Under the pieces are notes generated by a model. It did no database searches and was not told the origin of the DNA. It worked only from the letters and a program-made list of their open reading frames with translations. The translations under genes and the position numbers were made by a program. Shown here in pieces: positions 60,053 to 63,304 of a stretch of DNA of 63,304 nucleotides. Origin of the DNA: a virus; UHGV virus genome UHGV-1374956. One strand, given 5' to 3'. The stretch's first letter is position 1, and every line of letters begins with the position of its first letter.

Positions 60053-61300
60053 TTACCAGCTAAATTTCTTAATAGTAAGTTCCTCTGTTCCATAACGCAT
60101 CGCATCTAGAAGGTGGTTGTAGTCATCAATTGGTTTACTTGTTATCAAACCATCTTTGACATCCCAAGCATAGTTGCTCAACTCTATAATTGTATTAGTG
60201 CAAGAAGGGTGAACAATCAATTGGTAGTCCTGAAGTCGTCTAATGCCTGCTTTTAAGGAGTCTGCTCCTTTTTTGCAAGGATAAACTCGTGTACAACCAT
60301 AATCTTTAAGCTCTTTGATTGATTTAGGTTCTGAGCAATCTGCTTTTATTTTAGCATTAGCCCACCCTTTATATTTAATTGCATCAGCCAGTTGACTGTT
60401 TGTCATATTTATTTTATAAATTTCATCATAAATATAAATAGTCTGCTGGTCACGATTTCCAAGCATAGCAATTACTGCGGCTGGGTCATTACTGAATCCA
60501 AAGTCAAGTCCAAATAAGCGTCTGTAAACACGTTGACCATTGGCATCTGTCATGTGCATAATTTTTGCAATATCGAAATCTTCTTGTATCCAATTTTCAT
60601 AGATAAGTCCTTCAGAAATACCCCAATCTCCAAGCCCTTCAATTTGATAACGACGAGGATTTCTAATTTTCATAGTTTCGAATAATTGCCTATCGTCATC
60701 GCCTAAGAATTCATTTTGCATATAAGTCGTAGTTATAGCAAAGGTATTTTCGTCTTGAGTATCAAAAAATCTTCTTTTAATCCAAGTTTTATCACTCCAA
60801 GGGTTGAATGTTAGAGTTATTTGTTTAAAATAACCTTCTGGCATTTCACCACGAATACTCATGTCCAGTTTGTTGAATGCAGTTTCATCAGTTACCTGAA
60901 AAGCTTCTTCAATCCACACCCAGCATAAAAAACCAGTTTCAACTGTAATAGATGTGATAGAATCAGCGTCATCAAAACCTCTGAACAAAATCTTTTGGCC
61001 TGTTGGCAGATAAGTCAATTCCATAGGGGAGTTAGTTACTTTCCACTTATCCTTAACGCCCCATTTATTGATAGCCCATTTAAGCTGAGCAAAGGTAGAA
61101 TCTTTATGGGTATTAAAATATCTACGCATGACAAGAGTATTAGCCAGTGGCATTTCCATCATCTTGTAAATTATCCATAGAGCGGTTGTACAAGATTTTT
61201 TTGACCCTCTTGACCCCTTACATACTCTATATCTTTTTTTGCATCGCCAGAAGCTACCATATCCGCCGCCGACTGTTTCTATTAGATTTACTTTTGTCAT
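60053..61300 (-). CDS. terL: terminase large subunit
   Basis: N-terminal ATPase region then the nuclease domain (IYDEIY...DCSEPK; VHPSCTNTIIEL...DDYNHLLDA). Confidence 0.75.
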   Translation of the reverse strand: MTKVNLIETVGGGYGSFWRCKKRYRVCKGSRGSKKSCTTALWIIYKMMEMPLANTLVMRRYFNTHKDSTFAQLKWAINKWGVKDKWKVTNSPMELTYLPTGQKILFRGFDDADSITSITVETGFLCWVWIEEAFQVTDETAFNKLDMSIRGEMPEGYFKQITLTFNPWSDKTWIKRRFFDTQDENTFAITTTYMQNEFLGDDDRQLFETMKIRNPRRYQIEGLGDWGISEGLIYENWIQEDFDIAKIMHMTDANGQRVYRRLFGLDFGFSNDPAAVIAMLGNRDQQTIYIYDEIYKINMTNSQLADAIKYKGWANAKIKADCSEPKSIKELKDYGCTRVYPCKKGADSLKAGIRRLQDYQLIVHPSCTNTIIELSNYAWDVKDGLITSKPIDDYNHLLDAMRYGTEELTIKKFSW

Positions 61301-61864
61301 ATTGCGTCCTGACTATATAATACGATAGAAAATTAAATTTTGCAAGAGCAAAAGAAAACAGGCCTTAATTTTATCTGCTGTACGTACCCTAGAAGAGAGG
61401 TGGCCTGTTGTTAATGTCTGTTTATGAAAAAGATTTTCTAAAATTATTATAGCACACTCTAAAGAATTTTACAACCGCCGGGTTCTAAAATATTCAATTC
61501 CGACTTCTTGAAGTCTTCATTGTTTACAATAGATTTATCTAAAACAAAAGATAAATTGAGTAAATGAACTTAATAGGAGATGAACCTTTTGACACCGAGA
61601 TAAATTTGACTTTTCGAACCCGATAGAACTGAAAATGAAAAAATTCGAATAAGAGGTTTTTGAGAATCGAACAAGAGAGAATTGGGGTTTTCCGCCGAAG
61701 GTCGTGAACGGTACCAAGATTGGTGAAAATAACCACTAGAGGGGCTATACCGGGTGCTTTAAGGAAAGACAAAAAGTTTTTATGACATATTTAGTCGTAT
61801 AATATAAATGTAAGCAATAAACAAACAAAACAAATAAGTAGTACAAATTAAAAGGAGACGTATT

Positions 61865-62332
61865 ATGCAAAACAAAACAAACAAACAACAAAACAAGACA
61901 GTAGCTAACAAACAAGCTAAAAAAGTACAAGCTACAGAACAAGCACAAGTAAGACTAGAAGACAAAGTAATGGAAATGTTAGACAATGCAAGTAAAGCAG
62001 ACAAGCTAATTAAAGTACAGAAAGTCACAGGTTATACAAGTGTTAAGTATGGTAACAAAGTATTATTTGAATTCCACAACAAGAAGAAAAGTATTTCACA
62101 CTTAACATTCAGCAACAAACAACAAGCATATAAACTATTAAAGGAAAATAAATTAGTTCTTAGAGTAGTTCCTGCTTCTTATGGATGGAAATATAATACA
62201 GAATGTTTATTAACTGAAGCATTTATGAAACATTTTCCGGAAATCTTAAAATCTGTTATTACGGAAGCTATTGAAGAACGTAACTTAAAACAAGCTCCTA
62301 AAAAAGCAGAAAAGAAAGTTGCAAAGGCTTAA
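61865..62332 (+). CDS. basic K-rich protein, probably DNA-binding
   Basis: AAAGGAGA RBS; 155 aa with KK-rich termini. Confidence 0.5.
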   Translation: MQNKTNKQQNKTVANKQAKKVQATEQAQVRLEDKVMEMLDNASKADKLIKVQKVTGYTSVKYGNKVLFEFHNKKKSISHLTFSNKQQAYKLLKENKLVLRVVPASYGWKYNTECLLTEAFMKHFPEILKSVITEAIEERNLKQAPKKAEKKVAKA

Positions 62333-62405
62333 GAATATACAATGGGCAGGCTTAACTGTCTGCCCTTCTTTCCTCAAGTAGTAGTAAAATAATGGAGTAA
62401 ATAAA

Positions 62406-62648
62406 ATGAACGGACATATTATAAATCTAAATAGTTGTTCTTATTCTATCAAAATTACACAAAACAATGAAGATAATTTAATTCTTATTATCTTAGACCC
62501 GGCTGACTATTTTGGAGCTGTTATACAGTTTGAACCTTGTGGTGAAGGACGTTACAATTATGAAATTCTATTAAATAAAGGAATGGACGAAACTACAATA
62601 GACGAATTGTTAGAATTATTTAATGAACAAATATTGGAGGAAGAATAA
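62406..62648 (+). CDS. hypothetical acidic protein
   Basis: GGAG RBS; 80 aa. Confidence 0.45.
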   Translation: MNGHIINLNSCSYSIKITQNNEDNLILIILDPADYFGAVIQFEPCGEGRYNYEILLNKGMDETTIDELLELFNEQILEEE

Positions 62649-62721
62649 TGGGTTTTATTAGAGATGTAATCATTGTTCTTATTATGTTAGGTTTAGCAAG
62701 TTTATTAGGATGGAGTTAGAT

Positions 62722-62880
62722 ATGGCAATAGTAAAATATTATATGGTTAAAGGCTGTTCAATTAAATACACATTATTTACAGACGCATTAAATAAAGCAA
62801 TACAAAAATATCCAGGCAGAGCACAAGAGAACATAGAGACTTATTATACAACTAAAAAGAAATGGAAGGAATTAAACTAA
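62722..62880 (+). CDS. small hypothetical protein
   Basis: GGAG RBS; 52 aa. Confidence 0.3.
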   Translation: MAIVKYYMVKGCSIKYTLFTDALNKAIQKYPGRAQENIETYYTTKKKWKELN

Positions 62881-63035
62881 TGGAATTCATATTTGTTAAG
62901 ACACAAGAACTAAGAGAATTTGAGCAAGATATTAAAAGAACTATTAAATATATAAAACATAATGCAATTAAGACAATAGTAGGAAGTTTCTTATTTTATT
63001 TGTCTATAGTTGCTTTAATCATACTACTCCTCTAA
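62880..63035 (+). CDS. small membrane protein
   Basis: C-terminal TM segment IVGSFLFYLSIVALIILLL. Confidence 0.3.
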   Translation: MEFIFVKTQELREFEQDIKRTIKYIKHNAIKTIVGSFLFYLSIVALIILLL

Positions 63036-63059
63036 ACATTTACTCCGTTAAAATATGTC

Positions 63060-63098
63060 AAGCAGGCTATCCATCCCAAAGGCCTGCTTTTATTTTAC
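63060..63098 (+). terminator. rho-independent terminator of the plus-strand operon
   Basis: AAGCAGGC...GCCTGCTT stem followed by TTATTTT. Confidence 0.6.
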
Positions 63099-63304
63099 TA
63101 AAAGTATATCAGTCTATCTATAAATCTATTAAATTTCTTGTCTTTTAATCTCGCCGCTCTGACAAACTTTACTATAATTCCATACATTTATACCTCTTTA
63201 CTATTTTACCCGCCTAGATTTTTAATCTCGCTGGTCCGATTTTGCTATTTTAAGACCCATTTTGGCATAACCTATTCCTTATTTATAACTTTTGGATATA
63301 TTGA

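Noticed and set aside
61600-61760. tRNA-like T-loop motifs (GTTCGATTC, GGTTCGAAA) in a GC-richer intergenic segment
   Set aside because: I could not fold a cloverleaf on either strand. Neither the acceptor nor the T-stem pairs.
61535-62028. Four overlapping minus-strand ORFs of 60-82 aa upstream of terL, which could have been a small terminase
   Set aside because: They are low-complexity Leu/Phe/Cys-rich translations of AT-rich DNA. They overlap each other and the RBS-supported plus-strand gene 61865-62332.
1-63304. Integrase, repressor or excisionase indicating a temperate lifestyle
   Set aside because: No tyrosine or serine recombinase or CI-like repressor was recognisable. The only Xis-like HTH protein (34194-34487) sits inside the replication module.

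Overview
The window reads as one nearly complete genome (~63 kb) of a low-GC, AT-rich tailed phage, most likely from a Firmicute-type host. It has a contractile tail. Almost all genes are on the minus strand; a five-gene plus-strand operon sits at the right end (61865-63035), closed by an intrinsic terminator at 63060-63098. Modules on the minus strand, left to right in window coordinates:

- **Early region, 1-9.4 kb.** Small proteins, many with Zn-ribbon motifs, plus a tRNA-Trp(CCA), a HAD phosphatase and a metallophosphoesterase.
- **Replication and recombination, 9.5-36.2 kb.** ATP-dependent DNA ligase, a ParB-like protein with a DGQHR motif, clamp loader (delta, delta', gamma/tau), sliding clamp, RecA, RecU, Cas4-like nuclease, PolA, SSB-like protein, primase, DnaB helicase, helicase loader, a replisome-organiser/initiator with internal iterons, and an SNF2 helicase.
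- **7-deazaguanine DNA-modification cassette, 22.5-26.5 kb.** FolE, QueE, QueD, QueC and a DpdA-QueF fusion, predicting dPreQ1 in the phage DNA.
- **Lysis cassette, 38.1-39.6 kb.** Amidase_2 endolysin and a holin.
- **Diversity-generating retroelement (DGR), 40.2-43.9 kb.** A reverse transcriptase, a template repeat (TR) and a variable repeat (VR) at the C-terminus of the tail fibre, showing an adenine-specific mutation signature and no avd gene.
- **Structural module, 43.9-61.3 kb.** PBSX/XkdK-M-like tail (sheath, tube, frameshifted chaperone, tape measure, baseplate) and a lambda-E-like head (portal, scaffold, decoration protein, major capsid, large terminase).

No integrase or repressor was found, and no small terminase gene could be identified. 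A conserved 17-19 bp motif, TTATTGTATAACAtAA, occurs eight times plus one variant upstream of minus-strand operons and is probably the early/middle promoter of the phage. The window ends carry imperfect direct repeats. The main targets for follow-up are the avd-less DGR aimed at the tail fibre and the DpdA-QueF fusion with its full preQ1 pathway.
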